This document shows positions 7,278 through 16,035 of a DNA stretch of 27,486 nt, one piece after another (within the stretch, counting starts at the first letter, position 1; each line of letters starts with the position of its first letter). This stretch comes from a virus (lineage: Duplodnaviria; Caudoviricetes): IMG/VR virus record IMGVR_UViG_3300032247_000268, positions 1 through 27,486 of that record; one strand, 5' to 3'. The position numbers were made by a program, and so were the translations under genes. Below the pieces are notes generated by a model that was given only the letters and a program-made list of their open reading frames with translations, had not been told where the DNA came from and made no database searches.

Positions 7278-7973
7278 ATGAATGGGTATAAATTAACCAA
7301 ACAATTGGTTCAAATGGTTCATCACCGGCAAATTTCATGGGGTGGATTCGGATTCGGTGTGTATTTGGTGGAATTGGCAAACAAATCCCGGTCCATCGAA
7401 TTTCCCGTGAATGCCGTTGACATTTCCCATGATACGGGGTTATCCCGAACCACCATCCGTGGGTTCATCAAAGAATTGCAGTCAAGTGGATTCATTACAA
7501 AATCATCACAAAAGTCAACGTACAACATCACCAAATTCACCATCAATGGATGGACAAAAATTGACCAACCGGTTGAACAAAAATTGACCATCCAAAATGA
7601 ATCAGTTGGACAATCAGTTGAACAAAATTTGACCAACCACACCATATATAAAGAAGAAAACTTAAAAACATTAACTAATAGTAGTAAGAGAGAAAAAACG
7701 ATTGATGATTTTTGGGATGAATTTTTGAACCAAGATTTGCATTGGCACCGGTTCCGGGATGCCCACCAAATTGACCGGGAAACATTGGAACAAAAACACA
7801 TCGAATTCAAAAAAACATCCGTGTCCAAAGGTGCAACCTACCCACGTATCCATTTGGCCAATTCACATTTTTTCAATTGGTTCATGTCCACAAAAAAGTA
7901 CGAAAAAAAATCCGGTGGAAAATATGATGGTAAAAGCCCGGCGGAATGGATGCGAGAAAACGGAATGATTTGA
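7278..7973 (+). CDS. Replication initiator (lambda O/DnaD-like architecture)
   Basis: N-terminal winged HTH (DISHDTGLSRTTIRGFIKELQSSGFI), repetitive linker with DNA iterons, and a C-terminal helical domain (HFFNW). Confidence 0.75.
   Translation: MNGYKLTKQLVQMVHHRQISWGGFGFGVYLVELANKSRSIEFPVNAVDISHDTGLSRTTIRGFIKELQSSGFITKSSQKSTYNITKFTINGWTKIDQPVEQKLTIQNESVGQSVEQNLTNHTIYKEENLKTLTNSSKREKTIDDFWDEFLNQDLHWHRFRDAHQIDRETLEQKHIEFKKTSVSKGATYPRIHLANSHFFNWFMSTKKYEKKSGGKYDGKSPAEWMRENGMI
7551..7695. repeat. Putative replication origin: three 20-bp iterons plus AT-rich tract
   Basis: TGGACAAAAATTGACCAACC (7551-7570), TGAACAAAAATTGACCATCC (7574-7593), TGAACAAAATTTGACCAACC (7619-7638), two AATCAGTTG copies, then A/T-rich 7644-7697. 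Confidence 0.7.
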
Positions 7974-7974
7974 C

Positions 7975-7982
7975 TATCTTTG
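7975..7982 (+). promoter_or_regulatory. Possible -7 promoter element
   Basis: TATCTTTG fits TAnnTTTG and lies 20 nt before ATG 8003. No clear -33 element. Confidence 0.4.
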
Positions 7983-8002
7983 AAACATCAAAAACAAATA
8001 CA

Positions 8003-8809
8003 ATGGAAAACACAAAAACCACCTACAAAGAAAATCCCGAACATGACCGGGTTTTTTTCTGCATCACCATCATTTCCGATGGGTTGTCCTATTTCGGAAA
8101 CCAAATGCCGGAACCAAATGAATTGAAACGAATGGCAAACCAATTGGATGATGATTTCATGTCCATTCCCGGATTGACCAAAGATTTGATTATGGATGCC
8201 ATGAAGCATGGCCGGAAAAATTCGGACAACATTTTGAAATGTTCACCACGTTTGATTTTGCAATGGGTACGGGATTACAAAATCCGGTTCGACAAATCAA
8301 ACGAACGGATTTCCCAATCATTTGTGACATTCACCAAACAACCCGTTTCCAATGATGAAAATTGTTGTTGGATTGTTTCATGTTTCCGGGAATTCAAAAA
8401 CAACAACGGGGACATGATGAAATTTTTTGATTTCGGTTCCGTGACATATTTGGCAATTTACCAACATGCCGGATTTTCATTGACCGAAAAACAACGGGAC
8501 ATGTGTTTCCAAAATGGGAAACAAATTGATTTCAAGTTGGGCGGATTGGATGAACTATTGTCCACCAAACAACAAAAAACGGATTCCATTGATGGCAATG
8601 CATCCGCATCCGCATGGGCATGCAAATTGTTTTTCGACCAATTCAAAACCGAATCCGATTTGAGGGATGCATTGATGTGGCATAAACCCATACATTCCGA
8701 CCATTGGACCAATGCATGGTATTACAATCCACAACGCCGGAAATACAATGAAGTGGTTGAGGAAAACAGAAAACACCAAGTTAAACAATTAACAATGAAT
8801 GCGAAATGA
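8003..8809 (+). CDS. Hypothetical protein, possible helicase loader by position
   Basis: 268 aa directly after the initiator; no Walker motif. ATG 8003 preferred (A-rich leader, no overlap). Confidence 0.6.
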   Translation: MENTKTTYKENPEHDRVFFCITIISDGLSYFGNQMPEPNELKRMANQLDDDFMSIPGLTKDLIMDAMKHGRKNSDNILKCSPRLILQWVRDYKIRFDKSNERISQSFVTFTKQPVSNDENCCWIVSCFREFKNNNGDMMKFFDFGSVTYLAIYQHAGFSLTEKQRDMCFQNGKQIDFKLGGLDELLSTKQQKTDSIDGNASASAWACKLFFDQFKTESDLRDALMWHKPIHSDHWTNAWYYNPQRRKYNEVVEENRKHQVKQLTMNAK

Positions 8810-9042
8810 CACACGATTTTGAGTTTGAAAATTACATCATCTATTTTGAAAACCCATGGTTGAAACAAATTGACATCACAATGGTCACGGATGAAAATGA
8901 CAACGTTTTGGAATTGACCGAACGTGAAATGGAACGTTTGCACAAAGAAACCCGGAAACATTGTGAATACAATGATTGGTTTGACCAATTCAAAATGGAT
9001 GATGGGTTCAAAATGTTGGATGATGATAATGAACCAATTTAA
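8806..9042 (+). CDS. Acidic hypothetical protein
   Basis: 78 aa, D/E-rich, ATGA overlap. Confidence 0.7.
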   Translation: MTHDFEFENYIIYFENPWLKQIDITMVTDENDNVLELTEREMERLHKETRKHCEYNDWFDQFKMDDGFKMLDDDNEPI

Positions 9043-9133
9043 GGCCATCAAAAATTCAATGTGGTATGCATATACCAACGACATGGTGAACGTTCAACCA
9101 CGGGCAAAAAAAACGGTAAATTTGACAATGTAA
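9029..9133 (+). CDS. Possible 34-aa peptide
   Basis: MNQFKAIKNSMWYAYTNDMVNVQPRAKKTVNLTM fills the gap and ends 1 nt before the next ATG. Confidence 0.4.
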   Translation: MNQFKAIKNSMWYAYTNDMVNVQPRAKKTVNLTM

Positions 9134-9134
9134 C

Positions 9135-9464
9135 ATGATGACAACACGAACCAAATACAACAACCGAAAAACAAATGTTGATGGGATTGTTTTTGATAGC
9201 AAAAAAGAGGCGCAAAGGTATGGGGAATTGAAAATGCGGGAAATGGTCGGTGACATCATTGATTTGAAATTACAAGTTCCATTCGGATTCACATTGCCGG
9301 GGGATTCAAAACCCGTTTTCAAATACATTGCGGATTTTGTTTATTTGGACCGGACCAACGGCCAATTCAAAATTGAAGATGTCAAAGGATTCAAAACACC
9401 ATTGTACAAACTGAAAAAAAAATTGATTGAAAAACAATTCAACATCAAAATCATTGAAATATGA
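9135..9464 (+). CDS. DUF1064-family PD-(D/E)XK nuclease-like protein
   Basis: KYNNRKT.VDGIVFDSKKEA.RY.EL, LQVPF, YIADFVY and EDVKG..T..Y.LKKKL motifs. Confidence 0.9.
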   Translation: MMTTRTKYNNRKTNVDGIVFDSKKEAQRYGELKMREMVGDIIDLKLQVPFGFTLPGDSKPVFKYIADFVYLDRTNGQFKIEDVKGFKTPLYKLKKKLIEKQFNIKIIEI

Positions 9465-9670
9465 AACCGGAATTTAGGATTATTGAAAAAAATGGAAAAT
9501 TTGCCGTTGAATATTTGCACATAACAAAACGATTTTTGATTGCAGATAAAAAAGAATGGAAACCATATATCACCTATTCGGGGATGTCGGAAAAAATATT
9601 TTGGCATGGTGATATTGAAAATTTGAAATTTAACTTAATTCTTGAAATTCTATCAAACCAAAATCATTGA
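9461..9670 (+). CDS. Hypothetical protein
   Basis: 69 aa, ATGA overlap. Confidence 0.65.
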   Translation: MKPEFRIIEKNGKFAVEYLHITKRFLIADKKEWKPYITYSGMSEKIFWHGDIENLKFNLILEILSNQNH

Positions 9671-9673
9671 AAT

Positions 9674-9874
9674 ATGAAACAACCAACGGCGGTGGATTGG
9701 TTATTTGAAAACATACTAATGACACCATTGGACATCCGTTCAATCAACAAATGTTATTTGCAAGCCAAGGAAATGGAATTGGAACAAATAATCAAAGCAT
9801 TCAATGAGGGAACGTTTGCCAATGATGAAAAGGTAAATGCCGAACAATACTACAATCAAACATTTGAAAAATGA
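9674..9874 (+). CDS. Conserved small Bacteroidota phage protein
   Basis: MKQ.TAVDWL...QAKEME.EQII.A...AEQYYNQTF pattern. Confidence 0.75.
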   Translation: MKQPTAVDWLFENILMTPLDIRSINKCYLQAKEMELEQIIKAFNEGTFANDEKVNAEQYYNQTFEK

Positions 9875-10323
9875 ATATTAGCAAACACATAACGTTTGAA
9901 GAGGCAACAAAATCCAACACGGCAACCCGGTTGGGTATTGATAACAACCCATCACCGGAAATCATTGAAACCATGAAAGCCACAGCGGAAAACGTTTTTG
10001 AACCAATCCGGAAACAATGTGGGCCAATCCGGATTTCATCATTTTACCGGTCACCGGAATTGAACCGGGCCATTGGTGGTGCAAAGATTTCCCAACATTG
10101 CAAAGGTGAGGCAATTGACATCCAAGGCATCAACGTGACCAATGCGGAATTGTTCCGGGTTGCATGTGAGTTGGACCAATTCGACCAAATAATTTGGGAA
10201 TTCGGGACATTGACCGAACCGGATTGGGTACATGTATCATTCAAAAAAGATGGCAACCGGAAACAGGTTTTGAGAGCCACAAAGATTGGCAAACGTACAA
10301 CATACGTTCCGCACCGACCATGA
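9871..10323 (+). CDS. Peptidase M15A-family endolysin
   Basis: ISSFYRSPELNRAIGG, SQHCKGEAID (Zn ligands H and D), DQIIWEF, WVHVS. Confidence 0.9.
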   Translation: MNISKHITFEEATKSNTATRLGIDNNPSPEIIETMKATAENVFEPIRKQCGPIRISSFYRSPELNRAIGGAKISQHCKGEAIDIQGINVTNAELFRVACELDQFDQIIWEFGTLTEPDWVHVSFKKDGNRKQVLRATKIGKRTTYVPHRP

Positions 10324-10655
10324 AAGTTCATCCATTCGACATTGGCCCATCATATGGTTTTGAACGTGGTGAGGAAATCAAGTTCATCAAATGGTTGTGG
10401 AATTACAAACAAAAGTTGAAACCCATGGTCCGAATGATTGGGGAAATTCGGAATGACAACCAACCCATGATTGATTTTTACATCAACATGAAAAATGAAC
10501 GGGATGAAATCAACAAAATTTTGAGTTTTAAAATATACACCAAACTTTGGAAACCATACATTGACAAAGCATTGATGTCAAATACCATTCCGGATGAATG
10601 CCGGGAATACATATTGACAAAACGTGTGTATTTCAAGGACCGGGATAAATATTGA
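10320..10655 (+). CDS. Hypothetical protein
   Basis: 111 aa from ATG 10320 (ATGA overlap with the endolysin stop). Confidence 0.7.
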   Translation: MKVHPFDIGPSYGFERGEEIKFIKWLWNYKQKLKPMVRMIGEIRNDNQPMIDFYINMKNERDEINKILSFKIYTKLWKPYIDKALMSNTIPDECREYILTKRVYFKDRDKY

Positions 10656-10674
10656 CAAACATGCATTTAATACC

Positions 10675-11547
10675 ATGAAAGTCAACACAAACATCATTCA
10701 CACGAAAGTCAATTTCGACCAAGGCCGGTATTTGTCATTGCTAATTTCGGACATACATTTTGACAACCCGAAATGTCGCCGTGACCTATTGAAAAACCAT
10801 TTGGAAACGGCCGTTGAACGTGGTGCCAAAATCCGCATCAATGGGGATTTTTTCTGCATCATGCAAGGCAAATATGACAAACGGGCATCAAAGGACCAAT
10901 TAAGGCCGGAACATGTTGGGCCGAACTATTTTGATTTGGTTGTTGATGAGGCAATTGAATGGTTCACACCATTTGCACATCACATTGAATGGATTTCGTA
11001 TGGCAACCATGAAACATCGGTTTTGAAACGAAATGAAATTGATGTGTTGAAACGTTTTGTGGATGGTATCAATTCCAAAACAGGTTCAACCATCAAATTG
11101 GGTGGATATGGTGGATGGGAGTGTTTTTCCGTTTCAAAGGGTGGTCATTCATCCAAATTCAATTTGAAATACATGCATGGATTTGGCGGTGGTGGACCGG
11201 TGACAAAAGGAACCATTCAGCATTCCCGGATGCAAACCATGGTGAACAATGCGGATGTTGTTTGGATGGGACACGTTCATGAATTGTACATCATGGCATC
11301 GGTTAAGGAATCCGCACATTATGGGAAATCATTGCACATCCGTCACAATGTTTCATGGGATATTCGCACACCAACATACAAAGATGAATTCATTGATGGT
11401 TCACATGGATGGCATATTGAACGGGGCGCACCACCGAAAATCATTGGTGGCATTTGGATGGACATGGGATGGAAACGAATTCAACGTGGTGGGGATGATG
11501 TGGTGGTATCGGATTTTGTTTTTTCGCCGTGTGTTGGTTATATTTGA
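10675..11547 (+). CDS. Calcineurin-like metallophosphoesterase
   Basis: All five motifs present: SDIH, NGDFF, GNHE, MHG, GHVH. Confidence 0.9.
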   Translation: MKVNTNIIHTKVNFDQGRYLSLLISDIHFDNPKCRRDLLKNHLETAVERGAKIRINGDFFCIMQGKYDKRASKDQLRPEHVGPNYFDLVVDEAIEWFTPFAHHIEWISYGNHETSVLKRNEIDVLKRFVDGINSKTGSTIKLGGYGGWECFSVSKGGHSSKFNLKYMHGFGGGGPVTKGTIQHSRMQTMVNNADVVWMGHVHELYIMASVKESAHYGKSLHIRHNVSWDIRTPTYKDEFIDGSHGWHIERGAPPKIIGGIWMDMGWKRIQRGGDDVVVSDFVFSPCVGYI

Positions 11548-11566
11548 AAACATAAAAAATTGAAAT

Positions 11567-11812
11567 ATGGAAAATGACAAATTTGTTGGAAAAGGTTGGG
11601 TGAACCAATATGGTGGAATCAAAATCCAATTGAAGTTGGAAGAAATCCAATCATTGCCGGTCAACCAATGGGGGGATGTGGAATTGTATGTTGGGCAACG
11701 CAAATCACCGGATGAAAAATCCAAGGCAACCCATTACGTGAAATTTTCACAACCACAAAACCCGGCCATGGACAATGCCGTGAAAAAATTGAATGATTAC
11801 GGATTCAAATGA
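11567..11812 (+). CDS. Hypothetical protein, possibly a small ssDNA-binding protein
   Basis: 81 aa, beta-rich (FVGKG, VELYVGQRKSPD, THYV). Function is a guess; no other SSB was seen. Confidence 0.5.
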   Translation: MENDKFVGKGWVNQYGGIKIQLKLEEIQSLPVNQWGDVELYVGQRKSPDEKSKATHYVKFSQPQNPAMDNAVKKLNDYGFK

Positions 11813-12333
11813 CAACATCAATGCATCCGTTAATTTTGGAATTTGTATCAAACAAAATGTACAAAGCGGATGCGGTGTCATTGGCCAAATGGGATGGCAA
11901 TGATTTGTTCCAAGAGGTCGCATTGATTTTGTTGCAGAAACCACCGGAAAAATTGACCATGATTTGGGAATCCGGTGGTTCCCGTTGGTATATTCAAAAA
12001 TTGATGTGGAATACATACCATGGCAAAAGGCAATTGTTTGACCGGGTGTATCGGGATAAATTGTCACGGGTTGATTTTGACACATGGTCCATGGTTGCCG
12101 TATATGACAACACGTTGGATGACAAGGTTGACCGGGAAAAATACCATGATGCATTTTTGGAATGTGTTGGTGGATTGAATGAAATTGAAAAACAAACCAT
12201 TCAATTGTCCATGTTCTACAAATCAACACGGGAATTTTCCAATTTTTCCGGGATTCCCTACAAAACATTGTCAACCAACATCAAACAAATCCGGGAAAAA
12301 CTGAAAACCGAAATACTAAAAAGAGTAAAATGA
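11809..12333 (+). CDS. ECF-like RNA polymerase sigma factor
   Basis: Region 2-like DLFQEVALILL..W; region 4-like LNEIEKQTI..STREFSNFSGIPYKTLSTNIKQIREKLK. Confidence 0.75.
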   Translation: MTTSMHPLILEFVSNKMYKADAVSLAKWDGNDLFQEVALILLQKPPEKLTMIWESGGSRWYIQKLMWNTYHGKRQLFDRVYRDKLSRVDFDTWSMVAVYDNTLDDKVDREKYHDAFLECVGGLNEIEKQTIQLSMFYKSTREFSNFSGIPYKTLSTNIKQIREKLKTEILKRVK

Positions 12334-12599
12334 ACATGATTTTTTTGTTGTTGATGATTCCGGTGTGGGCATCAACATTCGCATTGACCATCACCGATTT
12401 GACACGTTTGCCATGGTTGGATTTCAAACCATTCAATTGCTTTGTTTGTTTGTCATGGTGGTTTGGTTTGATTGGTGGAATTTGCGCCATGTTGATGATT
12501 GAATTGCCGTGGCATATTGAATCATTGATGGCAATTGGAACCGGTGGCATGTCGGTCATTTATACCTATTTCATCCGCAAAAATATTTGGAAACAATGA
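12330..12599 (+). CDS. Membrane protein with CxxC (DUF1360-like)
   Basis: Hydrophobic segments and KPFNCFVCLSWW. Confidence 0.65.
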   Translation: MNMIFLLLMIPVWASTFALTITDLTRLPWLDFKPFNCFVCLSWWFGLIGGICAMLMIELPWHIESLMAIGTGGMSVIYTYFIRKNIWKQ

Positions 12600-12946
12600 T
12601 AAAAGAAAAGACAATCCAATGGACCGATGAAATGTTTGATTCGGCCAAAACTTTATTTGATAAGTATTTGCAATGGGTACGGATTGGGGAACTAAGGTTG
12701 GACCAACCACAAACCGAATTGGTCAAAACTTTATTCCACCAATTGAAAGGCCGTGAAATCAATGGTGGTTGCACCGGGTGTATTGTCGATGCATTCGTGG
12801 TGGTCATGTCATTGTTTGAATTTGAACACCGGAAACGTTCACAAACCATCATGGATGCCATGGCCAATGTTTTAAAAGAGGAACCAACCCAAACAATCAA
12901 TCCCAATGCCGTTACCCAAAAGAAACCAAGAAGAATCAAAAAATGA
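12596..12946 (+). CDS. Hypothetical protein with CxxC
   Basis: GCTGC motif and basic tail; ATGA overlap at 12596. Confidence 0.7.
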   Translation: MIKEKTIQWTDEMFDSAKTLFDKYLQWVRIGELRLDQPQTELVKTLFHQLKGREINGGCTGCIVDAFVVVMSLFEFEHRKRSQTIMDAMANVLKEEPTQTINPNAVTQKKPRRIKK

Positions 12947-13358
12947 TTTCATTGCCCGTTGCATGGGGCATGAAGTTATGAAACAAGATTTTCCCGACAA
13001 CATCCAACGTTTGGCAGTTTGCAACACATTGGCCGTGAAAAAAAGTGAGTTTGAAAAAACGTTCAATGATTACCCAAAAAAGGTCACGGAAAATGCAAAA
13101 CGTGGAATTGAATTGAATGCCAAAAACGGAAACAAGTGCGCCACGATGGTGGGGAAAATTCGTGGGCAACAATATGCCAATGGCGAAAATGTTTCAATTG
13201 AAACCATCCGGCGCACCTATTCATATTTGAGCCGGGCCAAAACGTATTTCACCGGGGCAAATGAAAATGAATGTGGGTACATTTCATTCATGTTGTGGGG
13301 TGGAATGGAAGCGTTGAAATGGTCCGAAAATAAATTGAAGCAATTGGGGGAAATATGA
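12906..13358 (+). CDS. Conserved phage protein of unknown function (two small domains)
   Basis: MPLPK..EESKNDFIARCM..QRLAVC domain plus NDYP..NAKRG..CAT.VGKIR..YSYLSRA..LWGG domain. Confidence 0.75.
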   Translation: MPLPKRNQEESKNDFIARCMGHEVMKQDFPDNIQRLAVCNTLAVKKSEFEKTFNDYPKKVTENAKRGIELNAKNGNKCATMVGKIRGQQYANGENVSIETIRRTYSYLSRAKTYFTGANENECGYISFMLWGGMEALKWSENKLKQLGEI

Positions 13359-13657
13359 AAATTTCATTTGATTACGATGGGACATTAACCCAATCTAAGG
13401 TTCAAAAGATGGCGCAATTTTTTGTCAAATTTGGTGATGATGTTTATATCATTACGGCCCGGAACAAAACCATTGGTGGACCTGTTTTGGAAATGGCTAA
13501 AAAATTAAAAATCCCGGAATCAAACGTTTTTTTGACCGGTTCAAATTCCAAAAAAATTGAAACCATCATGGACAAAAAAATTGACATTCATTTTGACAAC
13601 AACAAAAACGTGGTTGATGCATTAAACATGAACAAATTGAATGGGGTATTGATATGA
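13355..13657 (+). CDS. Minimal HAD-superfamily phosphatase-like protein
   Basis: Motif I FDYDGTL, motif II ITAR, motif III K, motif IV HFDNN. Confidence 0.8.
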   Translation: MKISFDYDGTLTQSKVQKMAQFFVKFGDDVYIITARNKTIGGPVLEMAKKLKIPESNVFLTGSNSKKIETIMDKKIDIHFDNNKNVVDALNMNKLNGVLI

Positions 13658-14085
13658 AAAATTTGCCGGAAAATTGGGGGAAAAATGGGTTGAAACAAAA
13701 CCCACAAAACATCAACCGAAATGGGCGACCAAAAAAGATTGAAAACGTGGTGGGTGAATTGTTCGCCACGGAATTCAATTTGAGGTTGTCTAAATCACAA
13801 TGCCATGAAATCATTGAATCATTGTTGACCATGACACATGGCCAAATCACCAAATTGGGTGAACGGGATGATGTCCCATTTTGGATGAAAATGATTGCAA
13901 AAAAAATGGAACGTGACATGAACCGGGGTTCCGTTCATTTGATGGAAATTTTGTTTGACCGGGTATTTGGCAAACCAAAAGAAACCATTGACACAATCAA
14001 TTCATCACCGGAACCATTCATCCAAATTGATGTTGTTTCATCCGAAATCCCATTGGCAAATTCAGAAAATCAAATCATTGAATGA
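13654..14085 (+). CDS. terS: Terminase small subunit (putative)
   Basis: NRNGRPKK (DUF5681-like) and DRVFGKPKE; coupled to terL. Confidence 0.65.
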   Translation: MKNLPENWGKNGLKQNPQNINRNGRPKKIENVVGELFATEFNLRLSKSQCHEIIESLLTMTHGQITKLGERDDVPFWMKMIAKKMERDMNRGSVHLMEILFDRVFGKPKETIDTINSSPEPFIQIDVVSSEIPLANSENQIIE

Positions 14086-15245
14086 TGTTCAAAACATCGG
14101 TGATTTTTGAAAAAAACTATTCATCCACGGCCAAAATTGTCATCAACCAAGGTGGGACAAGTTCCGGGAAAACCTATTCCATTTTGCAATGTCTGTTTCT
14201 CAAATGCATTGAAATGGCACCGGAATTGAACAACAAAGTTGTGACCATTGTTGGTCAAGATATTCCCAACCTAAAATCCGGTGCGTTGAGGGATGCCCAA
14301 AATATTTTGAACACATCACCGGAATTGCAAAAATGGGTTCAATCATACAATTCCACGGAACGGATTTTCACATTTGTGAATGGGGCCACAATGGAATTCA
14401 AATCATTTGATGATGGACAAGATGCCAAATCCGGAAAACGGATGTTTGCATTTTTCAATGAAGCAAACGGGATTTCCAAATCCATTTTTGATGAAATATA
14501 CATCCGAACGGAAAAACAAACGTTCATTGATTACAACCCGAATGCCCGGTTTTGGGTTCATGATGAATTGATACCATTGCCGGAATCCGAATTGATTATT
14601 TCGGACCATCGCCACAACCCATTTTTGTCCGATGAAACACGGATGAAAATTGAAAATTTGAAAAACCGGGACATGGAATTGTGGCGTGTTTATGCCCGTG
14701 GCATGACAGGGAAAATTGAGGGTTTGATATTCCGGAATTGGTTTGTGGTTGATGCCATCCCATCCCATTGTGAATTGGTTGCATACGGATTGGATTGGGG
14801 TTGGAATCCGGATCCAACGGCCATGGTGGGAGTTTACAAAGGTGATGGGCAATTGTGGGTTGACCAATTGTTGTACACCAATGAAAAATTGAACACGGAT
14901 TTGATTGCATATTTGAATGAAATTGGATTCGATAAAACACACCAAATCATTGCAGATTCGAGCGAAAAAAAATCAATAGAGGAATTCCGGCGGTCCGGGT
15001 TCCGAATCATGGGTGTTTCCAAACCATCCGGTTCCATCCAATACGGAATTGATGTGTTGAAACGTTACCAAATAAACATCACCAAACATTCCAAACAAAT
15101 CATTGATGAATTCAACAATTACAAATGGGATGAACGGATGGGGGGAAAACCCGTGGACAAATTCAACCACGGAATTGATGCCATCCGATACGTTGCCATG
15201 ACAAAATTGGGAATCACAAACAAGGATAACTACCACATATTATGA
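14082..15245 (+). CDS. terL: Terminase large subunit (PBSX/SPP1-like)
   Basis: Walker A GGTSSGKT, Walker B FFNEA, DYNP coupling motif, nuclease GLDWG..DPTA and HGIDAIRY. Confidence 0.96.
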   Translation: MMFKTSVIFEKNYSSTAKIVINQGGTSSGKTYSILQCLFLKCIEMAPELNNKVVTIVGQDIPNLKSGALRDAQNILNTSPELQKWVQSYNSTERIFTFVNGATMEFKSFDDGQDAKSGKRMFAFFNEANGISKSIFDEIYIRTEKQTFIDYNPNARFWVHDELIPLPESELIISDHRHNPFLSDETRMKIENLKNRDMELWRVYARGMTGKIEGLIFRNWFVVDAIPSHCELVAYGLDWGWNPDPTAMVGVYKGDGQLWVDQLLYTNEKLNTDLIAYLNEIGFDKTHQIIADSSEKKSIEEFRRSGFRIMGVSKPSGSIQYGIDVLKRYQINITKHSKQIIDEFNNYKWDERMGGKPVDKFNHGIDAIRYVAMTKLGITNKDNYHIL

Positions 15246-15826
15246 AAAAAAAAGTTGACAACATTTGGCACAAATTAAAGGTGGGCCAATTCCAAGAAAT
15301 TCAAACGTTGGGACATTTGGAACCATTTGACCAATTGAAAACCATTGTGGCCATTGTGGATGAATTGTCCATGTCAAAGGTGGATGAAATGCCCATGTGG
15401 GATGTCCAACGCCGTGGTGTTGAAATCATGGACCAATTGCAAACCATGACACATGCCAAATGGAAAACCCATGTGTATTTGGATGGGACACGATACAAAA
15501 TCATCCGCATGTTTGATGAAATCACCACCGGTCAATTTGTTGAATACAACCATTGGATTCATGGTAAAACACCGGCGGAAATAATTGGGAATTTGCATTT
15601 GATTATTGCCACATTGTTGACCAAACACAAATATTTTGGGAAATGTGAACCATATGATGGAACGGCCCACAAAGAACGTTCGGAGTTGGTGCAAAACCAC
15701 ATGAAAATCATTGATGCCATGGGGATTGCGAATTTTTTTTTGGCCACATGGATTCAATTTGTAAACAATATCCCGGAATTTTCAAAAGTATTGATGAAAC
15801 AGGCGGAAACGGAATTGACCAAATAA
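15242..15826 (+). CDS. Putative tail assembly chaperone (gpG-like)
   Basis: 194 aa with a T9 slippery tract (NFFL) near the 3' end and an overlapping -1 frame ORF. Confidence 0.6.
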   Translation: MKKKVDNIWHKLKVGQFQEIQTLGHLEPFDQLKTIVAIVDELSMSKVDEMPMWDVQRRGVEIMDQLQTMTHAKWKTHVYLDGTRYKIIRMFDEITTGQFVEYNHWIHGKTPAEIIGNLHLIIATLLTKHKYFGKCEPYDGTAHKERSELVQNHMKIIDAMGIANFFLATWIQFVNNIPEFSKVLMKQAETELTK

Positions 15827-16008
15827 CACCATTTGTTCAAAATTACGGGTGGTTGATTTTGGTTGACAAGGTTGCCGGTGGGGACAAAATGAAATGGAAT
15901 GATGTTTTCCGGATTCCGGCTCGTGAATTTTTGAACATCATTGTTTTTTCCAACATGCAAAGGGAACAGGAACAATTTGAAATGGACAACCACCGGCGAA
16001 TGGTGTAA
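15739..16008 (+). CDS. -1 frameshift extension of tail chaperone (gpT-like)
   Basis: The -1 frame is open from the T9 tract: FGHMDSICKQYPGIF...NYGWLILVDKVAGGDKMKWNDV... Confidence 0.6.
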   Translation, partial: FGHMDSICKQYPGIFKSIDETGGNGIDQITPFVQNYGWLILVDKVAGGDKMKWNDVFRIPAREFLNIIVFSNMQREQEQFEMDNHRRMV

Positions 16009-16035
16009 TTTTTTGGAATTGTGCATTGGTAATTG

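Noticed and set aside
7551-7638. CRISPR-like mini-array
   Set aside because: The repeats are inside a coding gene with 3- and 25-nt gaps and no cas genes; iterons fit better.
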